Assembly: GCF_009914755.1 (NCBI RefSeq)
Contig: NC_060945.1
Source of the DNA: the human T2T-CHM13v2.0 reference genome, Homo sapiens
Length of the DNA stretch: 64,000 nt
Reading direction: 5' to 3' (one strand)
In this document: positions 1-15,722 of the stretch, in pieces
Layout: each line of letters begins with the position of its first letter
How positions within the stretch are numbered: position 1 is the first letter of the stretch
Position numbers and translations under genes: made by a program
The notes under the pieces: model-generated
The model's input: the letters and a program-made list of their open reading frames with translations, nothing else
Database searches by the model: none
What the model was told of the DNA's origin: nothing

Positions 1-1640
1 CCAGGATCTCTTAACCATTGCTACAAATCTCTGAAGGTTGAGGCACCCTAAGTACTATTCTGCAGTGTTTCCAATTATAATCATTATGGCCACCTTGCCT
101 CTGGTGGTTACGAGTTGCCTTCTAGTTTTATAATTCTGGAATCTCACTATCCCCATTGATATAAAGAAGTTCAGTTGCAGCCGGGTGCAGTGGCTCACTC
201 CTGTAATCTCAGCACTTTGGGAGGCCGAGGCAGGAGGATTGCTTGAGGTCAGGAGTTCAAGACCAGCCTGGCCAACATGGTGAAACCCCATCTCTACTAA
301 AAATACAAAAATTAGCCGGGCATGGTGGTGGGTGCCTATAATCTCAGCCAAGGCAGGAGAATTGCTTGAACCCAGGAGATGGATGTTACAGTGAGCCCAG
401 ATTGCACCAATGCACTCCAGCCTGGGCAACAGAGTGAGACTCCTATTAAAAAAAAAAAAAAAGAAGAAGAAGAAGTTCAGTTCGATGGAAGTGTCTACAC
501 CCATAACCCCTGCCTACAGAAGACAGACACTAAGATTCTCAAAGATATTAGTGAGGCCTTCACTTGTGTACTCCTGCTGCATTCATAGCAAAAGTGTCTC
601 CCAGTCTTTTTCAGGAAACACAGTGATGTGGCAGGTTCTCAGGATTCACATAGTAAATTCATTCTAACATTCCCAACTCCTTGAGCCTTAACCCCTTTCT
701 CGACATAATGCCAAATATGCTCCAGCATCTCCACCTTATCAATTGCAGCCGTCATCCTATCTAAATGTCATGGAGCTGTCTCAAGAGACTATTAGGACCA
801 GCTCCAGGTAATCATGATGATCTAACACCCTCAAGATACGCTACTACAAGGTGTTTGCTAATTCGTGCCTGCCAGCTCCTGTAAGCCTTTGACACATAGA
901 CTGTTTTCTCCTGCAGCAGGGATTGTACTTCCTCATTGAAGCTGTGCTCAGGCCTGACTCTGGTTGTTAGCCAGGACATAATGAGATATAGTGGGGACAG
1001 ATCTGGAGAAAAACAATGATCATTGTGTGGAGCACCTCCAGGTGAGGTCATAGTGTAATGCACTGGGAAGACGAGGCTGTTCTCTCCCCAGGTTGTTGGG
1101 AACAGCTTCGGCCAGCCAGGAAGCTTCAGGGAATTGGGGGCTACAATATTCTCAGCCTTGGCCATGCAAACATCACCATCCAAGGTCTTGGTGGTCCACT
1201 CTCCTGTCAGGTCTTTACTTTGACACTGAGGCGGTGTTAAGGCTGTGCATTTTGCTTCTTTTGCATTTCTGCCACCCTTATAATCAGATCCCAGGTTTAA
1301 TAACCTTCTGTCCTGTGGGTTTTAGAGATGAGAACCTCCTCTAAAGTGACTACAGAAATACTCTGGCTTTCAGACAGGGCCTCCAGGTGGCAAATAGCTG
1401 CCCTGCACTTATTATTTTCTTTTTGCAAGGCTTCCAATGCCTTCAAAAGTTACCACCCACATCCAAGTCCTTAGGGTTATTATTGCTCCAAAATGCATCA
1501 AGTGCTCCAGTGTCTTGATAAGTCAGTACTTTGGCTTCCTCCTCTGCCTCATCCTAATTAGCTTCAGATAAAAGCTTTTGTAATTGTGATGCTACAGAAT
1601 GTCAGAGATTGTCACCACCCACTTGCTGCTACCAAAACCC
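1..1640 (-). mobile_element. Degenerate ERVL-class internal region (gag remnant), interrupted by an Alu
   Basis: Minus-strand translation around ORF 812..1183 (...GEWTTKTLDGDVCM...TRVRPEHSFNEEVQSLLQEKTVY...) resembles ERVL/MaLR gag motifs as I recall them (KEWDPETWDGD..., TRVKSQ...EVQS...EE.RY). Frames are broken, and an LTR-like sequence lies adjacent. Confidence 0.6.
178..469 (+). mobile_element. Alu with a small right-arm deletion
   Basis: Dimeric Alu sequence with A-tail; TSD AAGAAGTTCAGTT at 164-176 and 470-482. Confidence 0.95.
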
Positions 1641-1649
1641 ATCAGAAGC

Positions 1650-2540
<891 letters not shown>

Positions 2541-2689
2541 AGAGACAAGCCCTAAACTCAGGCCTCACATTTGAATATAAATAAGCTCATTTCAGCACAG
2601 GCGCAAGGTGCAGTGACTGGCAAAGTCATGTAAAGTCCTTTCTGATCCTTTGCAAACTTATGCCCTTAGTTTTTGGGGTTTGGATGGGT

Positions 2690-3022
2690 TGCTTTTTTGT
2701 TGTTTGTTTTTGTTTGTTTTTTTTTTGTATGTTTGTTTGTTTTTGTTGTTAGACACAAGGTCTCTCTCTGTCACCCAGGCTGGAGGGCAGTGGCACAATC
2801 ACAGCTCACTGCAGCCTTGAGCTCCTGGGCTCAAGTGATCCTCCCACCTCAGCCTCCCAAGTAGTTGAGACTATAGGCACATACAACCACACCCAGCTTA
2901 TTTTTTAATTTTCTTTTTTTTTTCTTTCTTTTGTAGAGACAGTATTTTGCTATGTTGCCCAGCTGATCTCAAACTTCTAGCCTCAAGCAAACCTCCTGCC
3001 TTGGCCTCCCAAAGCACTGGGA
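2690..3022 (-). mobile_element. Alu (J-type, diverged)
   Basis: Antisense Alu with a TTTG-decayed tail and J-type motifs (tcctgggctcaagtgatcctcccacctcagcc). Confidence 0.9.
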
Positions 3023-3036
3023 GATTTTGTTTTTTA

Positions 3037-3490
<454 letters not shown>

Positions 3491-3898
3491 AACAAAGCTA
3501 CATCACAGCTAAAATGTTGACATTTCCTTAATGCATTAATTGAACCTGAGACATTAACCACAGATTTTCAGGGAATTATGCCTGTTCAACCAATAAAGCT
3601 GATGTAGAAAACCAGAATTGTTTTAAATGATGAATTCTATCCCATTGGGCACATTCTTTCAGCTCACTATTGCTATTCTGTCCTGTGGATTTTTGCTTAA
3701 TTAGCTAGACAAATTGCACAAATTCTGCAGTTCTATTTTTACTTTAACTATGGCCAAAGCTCCTTTTCAGTTTCTCATAGCTTTCTACCCTTCAGCTGCT
3801 AGACGTCCCCAGTTATAAGGCAACTCGAAGTGTGTGCAAGGGACAGAAGTTTGTATATCTGAAACTACAATTTGGTAAAACACAAGACAAAGGGGGGA

Positions 3899-3904
3899 GG
3901 AGAG

Positions 3905-3941
<37 letters not shown>
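3899..3941. repeat. (GA)n microsatellite
   Basis: Direct reading. Confidence 0.95.
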
Positions 3942-3943
<2 letters not shown>

Positions 3944-5114
3944 TAAGAGTCCTATTTGCACTTACCATGAGCCAAATTGAATTTGGGGGACTTGAAATAT
4001 TTTAATTGTAAAATGTACTATATCGGGCTTCATTACAGATTATGCTCTTAAAGGTGCATTGAAATTGACCATATTGTATTTTATCTAAATTAAGAAAATT
4101 CTCTTTAAAGACCCTGCATTGAATCTTTTTCATGCTAAGTATCATTTTGTGATATGAATAATTGCAACTGATTTTATCTGTTGTATATATTCACATTTAT
4201 CCAGAAATCTTTCAGGAGGCTATCCCTGTATTTCACTTGTTTGGTTTAGGACTTAGTATCCAAAGCGTGCTTTGCTTTTATATTAAATGAATAGTACAGT
4301 GCAATACAAGTCAATACAGACCAAAAACAGGAGCAACAACAGAAATGTATTCAATGGTATGACAGTAACTTTTTCATGCCAACAAGGTCCTCCTTGTACC
4401 TCCTTTGTACCCATTTGTCCTGGGTACAAGGTACACAAGACAACGCACGGTCGCTATATTTTTCTGGTTTTGCATTCAGTAAACCAACATTCATGTGGCA
4501 TTTGAATACCAAGACAGGGCAAAGTTTAGACAGTCACCTTTCATTTTCATCTTTCATTATAATGAGACTTGACGTAACCAGCTGTCTTTGAAGTGCATGT
4601 CACGAACATGCCCATTTAACTCCCTGCTCTGCCAAAGGCCTACGGAGGAGCAAGACTGATTGTCTTGATGTACACAGAGCCAGCACAGTGTTCATCTATA
4701 ATATGACTATGGAGAAGGGAGAGACTTTTAATAAAAATATCCTGTATTCCAACATGAATCTTTCAGACTGGATGAGAAAGGATTTCTTAGACACCCAAGC
4801 TATTAACACTTGGTGGCCAGTCACGGAGTACACTGCCAGGCACACAAAAGGCTCCCTCAAAACCATGCATTGCTTTAGGTCCTTAACTACTTTCCAATTT
4901 ATTCATTTTCTGCAGTACAGTAGGAAAGAAACTTGCATAGATGAGAACCACATAGGAAAACACGCTAGGGATATGACTTTATTTTTTAATTTTTTAACTT
5001 AAATCTTATTTTTTAATTAATTATTAAACTATTGATTATTTTTTAATTTTACAAACTACAGCCAATTGTATAAAAATAATTTGTTCAATAATTCATTTTT
5101 TCTCCACTGATTTA

Positions 5115-5441
<327 letters not shown>

Positions 5442-5479
5442 TAAAATGCCTCCTTTATTACATGCCAGTTTCCCATATA

Positions 5480-5630
5480 TAATCCTCATACAGTTGAACA
5501 CCTTAAGAGCAAAGACTGAGATTTCCCAAAGAAGCAGCAATTCTGCCTCAAGATACAGAAACCCTGCCCAAGTTTCCAGCCTGCCTGGCCTGGCCTGCAG
5601 AATTCAGAATCAAGACTGCAATGTCAATTC
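5480..5630 (+). mobile_element. MLT2-like (ERVL) LTR fragment
   Basis: cagttgaacaccttaagagcaaagactgagatttcccaaagaagcagcaattctgcctcaaga matches the recalled MLT2 consensus. Confidence 0.6.
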
Positions 5631-5977
5631 TTTATTTTATTCTATTTGTCTCTTGGTCTATTCCTACACCAGCATCTCTCTCTTTTAATTAGTGAAACTC
5701 CATTGTTCCTGTTCACCTCAAGGAAAGTGAAAATCTCTCCATTATTCTTTTTCAAAGTTTCTTGCCTTTTCTACTGCCTTTGCTTTTTAGTTTAGAATAA
5801 AATCTGCAACAGTATCATCATCCACATTCAGCCTCAAAGGAAGTTCCTTCCCTTCTTCCTTTACCCAACGTATACTAATTAAGCATCTACTGTGTGGGGG
5901 CTACTGTGCCCAGGGGCTGCTCTCACAGTGATCCCAAGTGTCACACAGCCACAGTCTAATAGACTACAGACTAGTTA

Positions 5978-6352
<375 letters not shown>

Positions 6353-6659
6353 TCAAAGGAAGGACTGTGTCCAGATTTAGAGGTTCAGGAAAGATTTCCT
6401 TAAGAAGTGAGAGCTAAGCCTCCACATAGCAAAGGAGTTGGCCAGAAAATCAGAAAGGGGAGAATATTTCAGGCAGGCAGAAGGTAGTAGGTAAGAGAAG
6501 GTAAACTCAGCCAAGAGACTCAATGGAAAATGTCCAATGCGACTGGAAGGTAGAGGCCAAGGCCAGAGGCCTACAAGCTGTATTAGGGAGCCTGTATTCT
6601 TTCCAAAAGCAATGAGCTGCCTTAGAAAGGGTGCTGAGCAGAAGAGAGTAAGGAAAATG

Positions 6660-7225
6660 TGTCAGGATATCTAATAGTCATTGACTACCCAAATGTTCCC
6701 CCACCCTTCCCAGCACAGTTTTGCTCTGTGGTGAGGCAGTGCTGTGTGAGTAGCTCTGGCCAAGGAACAGTGAGTAGAAGTGATCTGTGACATTTCCATG
6801 CTAAGGCTTGTAAAAACTGTTACTTGACCAGGCACAGTGGCTCACGCCTGTAATCCCAACACTTTTGAAGGACTAGGTGGGAGAATCACTTGAGGCCAGG
6901 AGTTCGAGACTGCAGTGAACTATCATTGTGCCACTGCACTCCACCCTGGGTGACAGAGAGCCTGTCCTCCAAAAATAAAAAATAAGTAAATTTAAAGCTG
7001 GTCCTTGACCTTCCACACTGGCTGCCACAGCAATCTGGAAGCCATGTGCTGAGATGGTGGCCTCCATGCATAGAAGCAGGATTCCCATGTCACCACATGG
7101 ACAGCTGCCCTGGAGGCTCACCCAACCCACACTGGACTTTTCATGAGCCAAAAATAAATCTTTCTCATGTAAGCCATTGAGGTATCAAGGTTTATTTACT
7201 GCAACAGGAGCAAACTGACTAATAA
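6660..7225 (+). mobile_element. MLT1-type MaLR LTR containing a short Alu monomer (about 6826-6985)
   Basis: agtagaagtgatctgtgacatttcc...aaataaatctttctcatgtaagccattgag...tgactaata pattern of MLT1 3' ends. Confidence 0.6.
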
Positions 7226-7699
7226 AGTTTGCAAACATGATCCAGTGATTGGGATCAAAGTTTCCAAAGCTCTATGACAACATTAAAAATCCTTGTCATC
7301 TCTAGCAAAAAAAAATGTCTTCCTCCTTTTGAAAGAAGGGACTAAGATAAACTCATGTCACTGCTTTGCCTTTTCAGGGGTTTACAACTACTTTATTGAT
7401 GAGCACATTGCTCTGCTGAGCAGATGTGAGATTCCTCCTGCTTAGAGAACTGTAAGTAATCTATTATATTCCTCTCTTTCTTTTTCCTTCTTCATGGTTC
7501 CACCTTCCTTGATGATGTATGTGCCTCTTTGTTCTTTCAGGCCTGGCCCTTCTCCCATCCGTCTTCAGCAGTGAGATGGTCCTGGTGGTAACTCAAAGGT
7601 GGCCATGCAGCAACTACAGCCACAAACATTGTCTTCACGCCCAGCCCTGCTGCCCCCTCCCAGGGCAGGAGAGTCTCCTAACACTGCTGCTCCTGCAGG

Positions 7700-7900
7700 T
7701 GGAGGAACCCGAGATCAAGCCTTGCCTGGTCTCTTATGCTTTGCCTGAACTTGGATACATTCCCTGACTTCTCTGCGACTTAGTTTCTTCTTCTGCAAAA
7801 TGAGGATGATAATGCTTACTTGAGGGTCCTATGGAGATTTATAGGGAGTAACAAATGTAAAGTTCCCAGCTCAGTGTCCAGCATAGGATAGGAATCTCCT
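7700..7900. mobile_element. MIR
   Basis: cttctctgcgacttagtttcttcttctgcaaaatgaggatgataat MIR core. Confidence 0.6.
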
Positions 7901-8949
7901 AAATCTGTTTTCCTTTTTCTCTTGCCCTTTCTTCTGAGGAAGAAGCTGAACCTCTCAGATCTTCATAGTTTAATTCCACATCTATCTATCTAGGCCTTTT
8001 GATGGGTACAACTCCATGCTTGAGTGTAGAGGATGCAAAAGATGGAACAATCTAGCTGGGGAGGCAATAGGTACTCATGGGGAAAGGTTAACAGGCTTAT
8101 TAATTAAATGTGTAAATGCCCAAGTGTTTAATATAGACCACAAGTACTTAAGAAGTTCAAAGAAAGAAGAGACACACCTGGGCTCCTGGGATTCAGGCTA
8201 AGGATTCAGCACAGGGAAATGGGAAGATAGAGGCCCTTCCCACCTTCCTTCCCAAGGCTAAGTCTCCCCACTGCTGAGTTGGCCACTCTTTCTAATCCAA
8301 GATGGTCATCAAATTAACAATGAGGGAGATGGAGAGAGATTTTCTCACCAGCTCAGTCCACTCAAACCAGATACGTCCACAGGTACTATCTGATGATTCA
8401 GAAAAGTATAACAAGTATACTTTTGAATGAATTGGCCCACCAAGCACATGCTCTTGGAAGGCCTGCTCAAGGGTAGATGTACTGGTTGTACTTCACATTG
8501 CAGGTTGGGACTTTGCCTGGCACAATTTGCTCAGGTAGACCCTAACATCTGCACCAGTCATACAAAGAGGATTCCCAAAATAAAATAAGAGATTCCCATT
8601 GCTCTGTAAATATTGCACACAAATGCCCTCAAACTCCTAATTCTGGCGGCATTAGCTCCTTATTGATAATAACACCTTCAGCTGGTTGAACTGTTTACGT
8701 GGCTATGACCAGCACGTATAATTTTTGTCAAAAATCTAACAAAGCTCCAGCCACCATTCCCAAAGGAGAACATGGATTTTTGTGTGATCCTATCATATTA
8801 AAATTGCAAAACTATGCAAACTACGTAATATATCCACTTACCTAAGATTCTAACATCAAATACTGCAAAGGCCTTGATCAAAGCAGAACAGGTCAATAGT
8901 GACAGGTCAGATATTTTGTTTCTGCTTCTTTCCAACTCCTCAGGTACAT

Positions 8950-9570
8950 GGAAATTTGGGGGACTAGAAGGCTCAAATTCAGATTTTAAGGTAGGCAGGA
9001 CCCAATAGCTGCTAAAAAACTAACAAGTTCTTAAGAGAGACTGGTTAATAGATGTATAGTGTTGTAAACAAAGGTGGACAACAATCCCACAGTTCTTTCT
9101 CCATATATGAACAACATATGGACCCCACATGTTCAGACCTGGAAGGTGGCCGAGTAGTGATAAGTGTTCTTCTTTAGCATCAGAAAGCAGTGAGGACGGT
9201 CAGGAGACAGCGAGACAGAGAAAACACTAGTGTCATCCTTAAATGTTGTAAGAGCTGTAGTGTGAAGAGAACTAGGCTTTCCCTATAGTTCCGAAGAGCA
9301 GCACTGAGACCAACAGATAAAAGTTACCAGAAGACAAATTTCACCTACATGTGAGGGAGACCTTTCAAGTAATTAAAGCCATTCAAAAACTGGAAGAGCC
9401 ACAAGAGGTGATGAGCATCCTGTCACTGACAAATTCCTACAAAGGCTGCCTTTCACTTTCTTGGCTGCATGGAAATTCAGGGGATCATGAGATTCTTCAG
9501 GCTTCGAAGTCAGGTTTTGTAGAGAATTTCCACATGGACAGAGAAGTTAGGTTGGGTGTCCTCAAATGAC
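8950..9570 (+). mobile_element. L3/CR1-like ancient LINE fragment
   Basis: aagttaccagaagacaaatttc...gaggtgatgagcatcctgtcactg resembles the CR1/L3 3' end. Confidence 0.45.
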
Positions 9571-9646
9571 TGCCCATAAGCTAACCGAAAATTCTTACTT
9601 CCTCTGATAATATTTTCTTCCAATACAAAGGCTAAGAATTTCCTGC

Positions 9647-9784
9647 ATGCAGGGCTTAATACCTAGGTGATGGCTTGATAGGTGCAGCAAATCACTGTGG
9701 CACACGTTTACCTATGTAGCAAACCTGCATGTCCTGCACATGTATCCTGGAACTTAAAATAAAATGAAATAAAAATTTTTAAAA
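9647..9784 (+). mobile_element. Severely 5'-truncated L1PA 3' end
   Basis: cttaatacctaggtgatgg...gtgcagcaaa...cacatgtatcctggaacttaaaataaaa; TSD AAGAATTTCCTGC at 9634-9646 and 9785-9797. Confidence 0.9.
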
Positions 9785-10251
9785 AAGAATTTCCTGCTTC
9801 AGATTATCAGTGAGCACCCTAATCACATCATTATCGTTTCTAGTCTTTTTCCCAACGGACAGGTCCGGTGCTCAATGGCATTTGTGTGATTCTTTCCCCA
9901 CCCCATCCCACAGTCACACCGGCACTCATGCTAAAAGCTGTCCACTATAAACCCCATCATTTATAATGCAAAAAGGGAATCATTGATTTTGCGCTGATGA
10001 GTCACCATAATGCTTTTCTCTTATATGTACTTAATCGCTGTGGTTTCTCCGAGGATGGAAAGCTTTCCTTTCTGTGGGAGGATCTAAATAGCTCTCTAAA
10101 CAGACACCAGCTGGGCAAACAGTGCAGAGAATTTCGGCACAATGTGATAAGAGCAGCCGCACCCGCAACCCAGGTCGCTTCTCAGTACAGCAGCCAAATT
10201 AGAAATAGCTACTGAGCAGATCCTTTTGATCTAACCGTAGGATGCATCCAT

Positions 10252-10572
<321 letters not shown>

Positions 10573-12809
10573 CAAGGATGCATCCATCTCTTAAGAGAAT
10601 GCTACATCCAGTTTCACGGTTAGTCGCCAAACCTGAAAATTATCCATGTATCATGGAATCAGAATGTGTCTCTCCCAGGATGGGAACTGGACAGAGCTGG
10701 TACAGCACCCAGGCAAGGAGGAAATGATAAAACATCAGCCATGGGATGGGGGTAATGAAATGCTTCCCTTTAGTCCTCATTTCGGCGGCAGCCTTTCCCA
10801 TCCTGCCCGGCATCTTCATGCTGTGCTAATCTTTGTACAGGGGTAAGGCCTTCCGTGTTTATTTCTTCCTTTTGTCCAGAAGGAAGCCACAGTAGTTTGC
10901 AATCTTAAACAGGAAACACAGAACTCAGAATCCAAGAAAGCATACTTTGCCTCTCTCTCTCAAGAAGTCTCAGCAACTATTGAACAAGCTGTGCCCATCC
11001 AACATTACATACTTGTTTGAGGCAGAATGAGATAGAATGAAAATAATGAATGAATGAATGAATGAATGACTCCTGTAAGATTGCAGACTGTTGATAGCCA
11101 GGTAGAAATCATCCCTTTAGGAATGTTCTAGCATGTGCATGGGCGTAGATGTGAGAAGAATCACAGCCTCCTCATGTGAAACAAGGGCTGGCCAGGGGTC
11201 TTTTTTAGAGGTTCCTCGGGGCTGGAGTTAGGACAAGTATTTCCAGCTCAATGCACCATGGGAAACTGAAGCTAAAGGAAGAGACAGAGCAAATAAGGTC
11301 TTTAACGCCAAGGCCACCTAGCATGTGACTGTGAGGACAGTCACCCTCCAAGGCAGGTCACATGAACTTAGAGCCCACCTTTTTAAGGGCAAGACTGTTT
11401 GGCTTCTTGCTCTGGTGGAGGAATGAAGCCAAGTCTTTAATTTGCATTTCCCAATTGAGTGGAATCAATCTCTTTTGTATCCTGAAATACTGTGATTGCC
11501 TTGATTGGGTAGTATCTTTACATGCTGAATTCCAAACCGCCAGCTACAGACACACATTCTTTATTTGCACCTTGTCTTTATATAGCCTGGGACACACTCA
11601 GAGGAGGGTGAGCCACATTCTGAAAGGGCTCACAGCGTACCTGGTTTTGCCCACATTAGTGAAGCAAATGGGTCCACCCAGTTGGGTCCACCCAGTCCAA
11701 GTCTCAATGTTGAGCCTTGACCAGAGGTTAAATACAGGATGTGGTGAAAACAGCTGAACCATTAAACCCCCTAGGAACTGAAAACCACATTATATGTGTT
11801 ATTTGTTCTCCTAGGAATTGACGTGGGTATCCAAATCTAAGAAGTATGTTTAGCAAGATACTGATATCAACAAAGGGATGAGGCCCAGGGCATTGTTGGG
11901 GCAACAAAAAGCTCCCCTTCCTTCTTTCTAGAAAAGAGGAAAGGAGTCATGCTGGGTGCAGGGTTCTGGGGAGGAAGGGAGGGAGGCAAGCAGGGATTTG
12001 TTCTTGGAACAGAAAAGCACAAGCAAGCAGAGTGGGCATCCGCCTCAATGCATGGCACTGACCATCCTGCAGACACAGGTGCTGAAGGAGCCTCAGAACG
12101 CAGCTGGCATCATAGGTAGCACTCACAGGCCCATGCAGCCTCCCCAAGCCTGCTTCCCCATGTCCCTTCATGCCCTGCCCACTTTCCTAACCTTGTCCCC
12201 CAGGAGTTTCCACCAAGAGGAGGAGCAGCTGAGCTCACAGTACCTGGAGTTCTGTTGCACACACAGCTGTGCAGGCCCTGCATCACCCTCGGGCCAGGAC
12301 AACACTGGGGCTACATTCACCCAGCTCCACCACCTCCAGTTGCCCCATGCTGAGAAATGGCTTCAAGGAGCAGCCCCATCCTGTGGCCTGGATTTCTCTA
12401 GGTGGGCTCAACTCACCCTCTTCCATTTGTCCTGCTCGTTTCTGCAGAGGCTACGCTGATATGTCACTTTCTTTTTTTCAGGGACCTCAGTCTTGGCCTC
12501 TCCTTTTGAACTGCTCAAGGTCCCCTTACATGTGTTCTTCATTGAGGCTTTTTTGGCAGAGGTTTGCTTCCCCAGAGATTAATAAATGCCCACAGCACAC
12601 TTTGCTGAGGAAGCTGGGTGACACTAGGAGAGCTCTCTGTGTCTCTCTACCCTCCATGTTCTCTAGCAACCACATTCTCCATAGCAGTCTGTGCTCTGAA
12701 AGTTACAGGAGAGGACTCGCTGGGAAAAACCATTTTTCCAACTGGACTCCAAGTTGGAAACTGTCAAGTGGAAACATAAATACAATGAAAGGCTCAGGAA
12801 GAAAACGCA

Positions 12810-13520
12810 ACAATAAATCTCAAGAAGCAGAGAATAGAATGGTGCATGTCAGGGGCTGTGGAGGGGGGAAAAGGGGAGCTTTTCAGTGGGTATAAAGTTT
12901 CAGTTATGCAAGATGATATGGTTTGGCTGTGTCTCCACCCAAATCTCATCGAACTGTACTCCCATAATTCCCACATGTTGTGGGAGGGACCTGATGGAGA
13001 TAATTGAATCACAGGGGCAGTTTCTCCCATACTGTTCTCATGGTAGTAAATAAGTTTCACGAGATCTGATGGTTTGATAAGGGGAAACTCCTTTCGCTTG
13101 GCTCTCATTCTCTCTCTTGCCGCCACCATGTAAGAAGTGCCTTTTGCCTTCCGCCACGATCTTGAGGTCTCCCTAGCCACGTGGAACTGTGAGTTCATTA
13201 AACCTCTTTCTTTTGTAAATTACCCAGTCTTGGGTATGTCTTTATCAGCAGCATGAAAATGAACCAATACACAAGATGAATGAGTTCTAGAGATCTGTTG
13301 CACAATGTCATGCCTATAGTTTACACAGTATCGTACACGTAAGAATGTGTTAAGAGGGCAGATCTCATGTTAAACATTTTTACCACAAAAAAATAAACAT
13401 ATGATAAAATTAAGAACACAAGGAAACTTTTGGAGAGGATATGTTCATTACCTTGATTGTTGGGATAGTATCCTGGGTATAAGCCTATGTCAAATTCACC
13501 AAATCGTATACATCGAACAT
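12810..13520 (+). mobile_element. L1M 3'-end fragments, split by the THE1 LTR
   Basis: gcagagaatagaatggtg...gggtataaagtttcagttatgcaaga|tgaatgagttctagagatctgttgcacaa resumes across the LTR. Confidence 0.75.
12914..13271 (+). mobile_element. THE1 (MaLR) solo LTR
   Basis: TGATATGGTTTGGCTGTGTC...AACCAATACA; 5-bp TSD CAAGA at 12909-12913 and 13272-13276. Confidence 0.92.
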
Positions 13521-13524
13521 GTGC

Positions 13525-13835
13525 AGTTTTGGTTTTGGTTTTGTTTTGACACAGGGTCTTGTTCTGTTGCCCAGGCTGGATGGAGTACAGTGGTGCAATC
13601 ACAGCTCACCGCAGCTTCAAACTCCTGGGCTCAAGCAATCCTCCCATGTCAGCCTCTCATGTAGCTGGGACCACAGGCACGTGCCACCACACCAGTCTAA
13701 TATTTTTTATTTTTTTGTAGAGACAGTCTCACTTTGTTTCCCAGGCTGGTCTCAAACTCCTGGGCTCAAGCAATCCTCCTGCCTCAGCCTCCAAAGTGCT
13801 GGGATTACAGGTATGAGCCCCTGTGGCCTGCCCAG
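13525..13835 (-). mobile_element. Alu (J-type)
   Basis: Antisense Alu with J-type diagnostic motifs. Confidence 0.9.
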
Positions 13836-14412
13836 TTTTTCAAATGTATCGATTACACTTCAATAAAGCTGTTTTCCAAATAAAATGAAAAAGAAAACTC
13901 AACCATAGCGGGCGATGGGCTGTGAAGTGGGAGGGAGGATTCCTCCATGGCTCCCCGACTTTGAACTTGGATGCCTAGGTAAATGGCAAACCAGGGAAGA
14001 CACAATAGAGGCGGGTATTGGTGGATTTCCACCCACAACTGCCCCACATAGGCAACCGCTATATGAAATGTTATCACCTCTTCGTTCATGATATATATAT
14101 GCAGTGATGTGATGGTAAATGTTTAGCAACCATATCTCCAAAAAATTGAATGTATGCGTGTGGGTATGTGTGTCTATTCCTGTACAAGTTTACTACAAAT
14201 TTTTAAAATTTTTTCCCAGCTTCATTAAGGTATAATTGACAAATCAAAAGTATACATATTTATAGTGTATAATGTGATGTTTTGGTCTGTGTACACATTG
14301 TAAAAGATTAAATCAAGCTAACATATCCATCACCTCACCTCACATACTTAGCTTATGTTTGTGGTAAGAATACTTAAGATCTACTCTCTTAGCAATTTTA
14401 AGTATATGATAC

Positions 14413-14772
14413 TGTTATGATCTGAATGTGTGTGTCCCTCCAAAATGCACATGTTGAAGCCTAATCCCCAATGCAATAGTCTTAAGGGACCTTTAGGAGG
14501 TGAGGAGATCACTGGGGTGGAGCCCTCGCAGATGAGATTAGTGCCCTTATAAAAGAGAACTGAGGAAGCTTGTTCTTCCCTTCTGCCCTGTGAGGACCCA
14601 GCTAGAAGGCATCATCTATGAAGCAGAGAGCAAACCCTCATTAGACACTGAATCTTCTAGCACCTTGATCTTGGACTTCCTCAGCCTCCAGAACTGTAAG
14701 CAATAAATTTCTGTTGTTTGTAAGCCACTCAGTTTATGATATTTTGTTATAGCAACCCAAACAGACCAAGAC
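14413..14772 (+). mobile_element. MLT1A/MST-type MaLR solo LTR inside an L1 fragment
   Basis: TGTTATGATCTGAATGTGTGTGTCCCTCCAAAA...AATAAATTTCTGTTG...CCAAGACA; near-TSD GATAC/AATAC. Confidence 0.8.
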
Positions 14773-15391
14773 AAATACATTAACTATAGTTATCATGCTG
14801 TGTCTTATAAATTTTTTGACATGAAGGATGTATAGCACACAATTTACAAATAATAAGATTGCCTTTTATGTAAATCGGTAAAGTCAATTGATTCTTACAG
14901 AATGGTTTTGTTGATTTTTGCCAAACCATTGTAATTGCAGCCAACATATGGCTGCAACTGATGAACAAGTGTAGCTCCAATATGAATGCTGGTTAATATT
15001 TTTGTTTTACATTAACAAGTAAGAAGAAAGCAAAATAAATGACAAAGACATATGGTGGAAAACATTTTCATCATTCATAAGGGCGACTCTTTGTTAAATC
15101 AGGTAGTAGTTGTCAAATACTAGAAGACTGTTTCCTCAATTTTTGTGCCATTTACAATGCAGCAGCTGAAGACATGACAAACTTTTAAGTCGAATCTGCA
15201 TGATTAACATTTCCCCACACTTCCTTGTGTCTAGATAATCAACAAAACAAGCAAGCTCTGATTGGCAGAATTTGTCAATTTTTTTGGTGTAAATACTCCC
15301 ATTGTGGCATATTCCAGGCTACCAAGGTGATGTCACTGAACACAGAGTTGCAAAGAGATGTACAGTAGCACACCAGAGTATTGTATTTTCA

Positions 15392-15722
<331 letters not shown>

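Noticed and set aside
11956-12895. Overlapping 167-aa and 208-aa ORFs
   Set aside because: GTG starts, no recognisable homology, and the second runs into L1 sequence.
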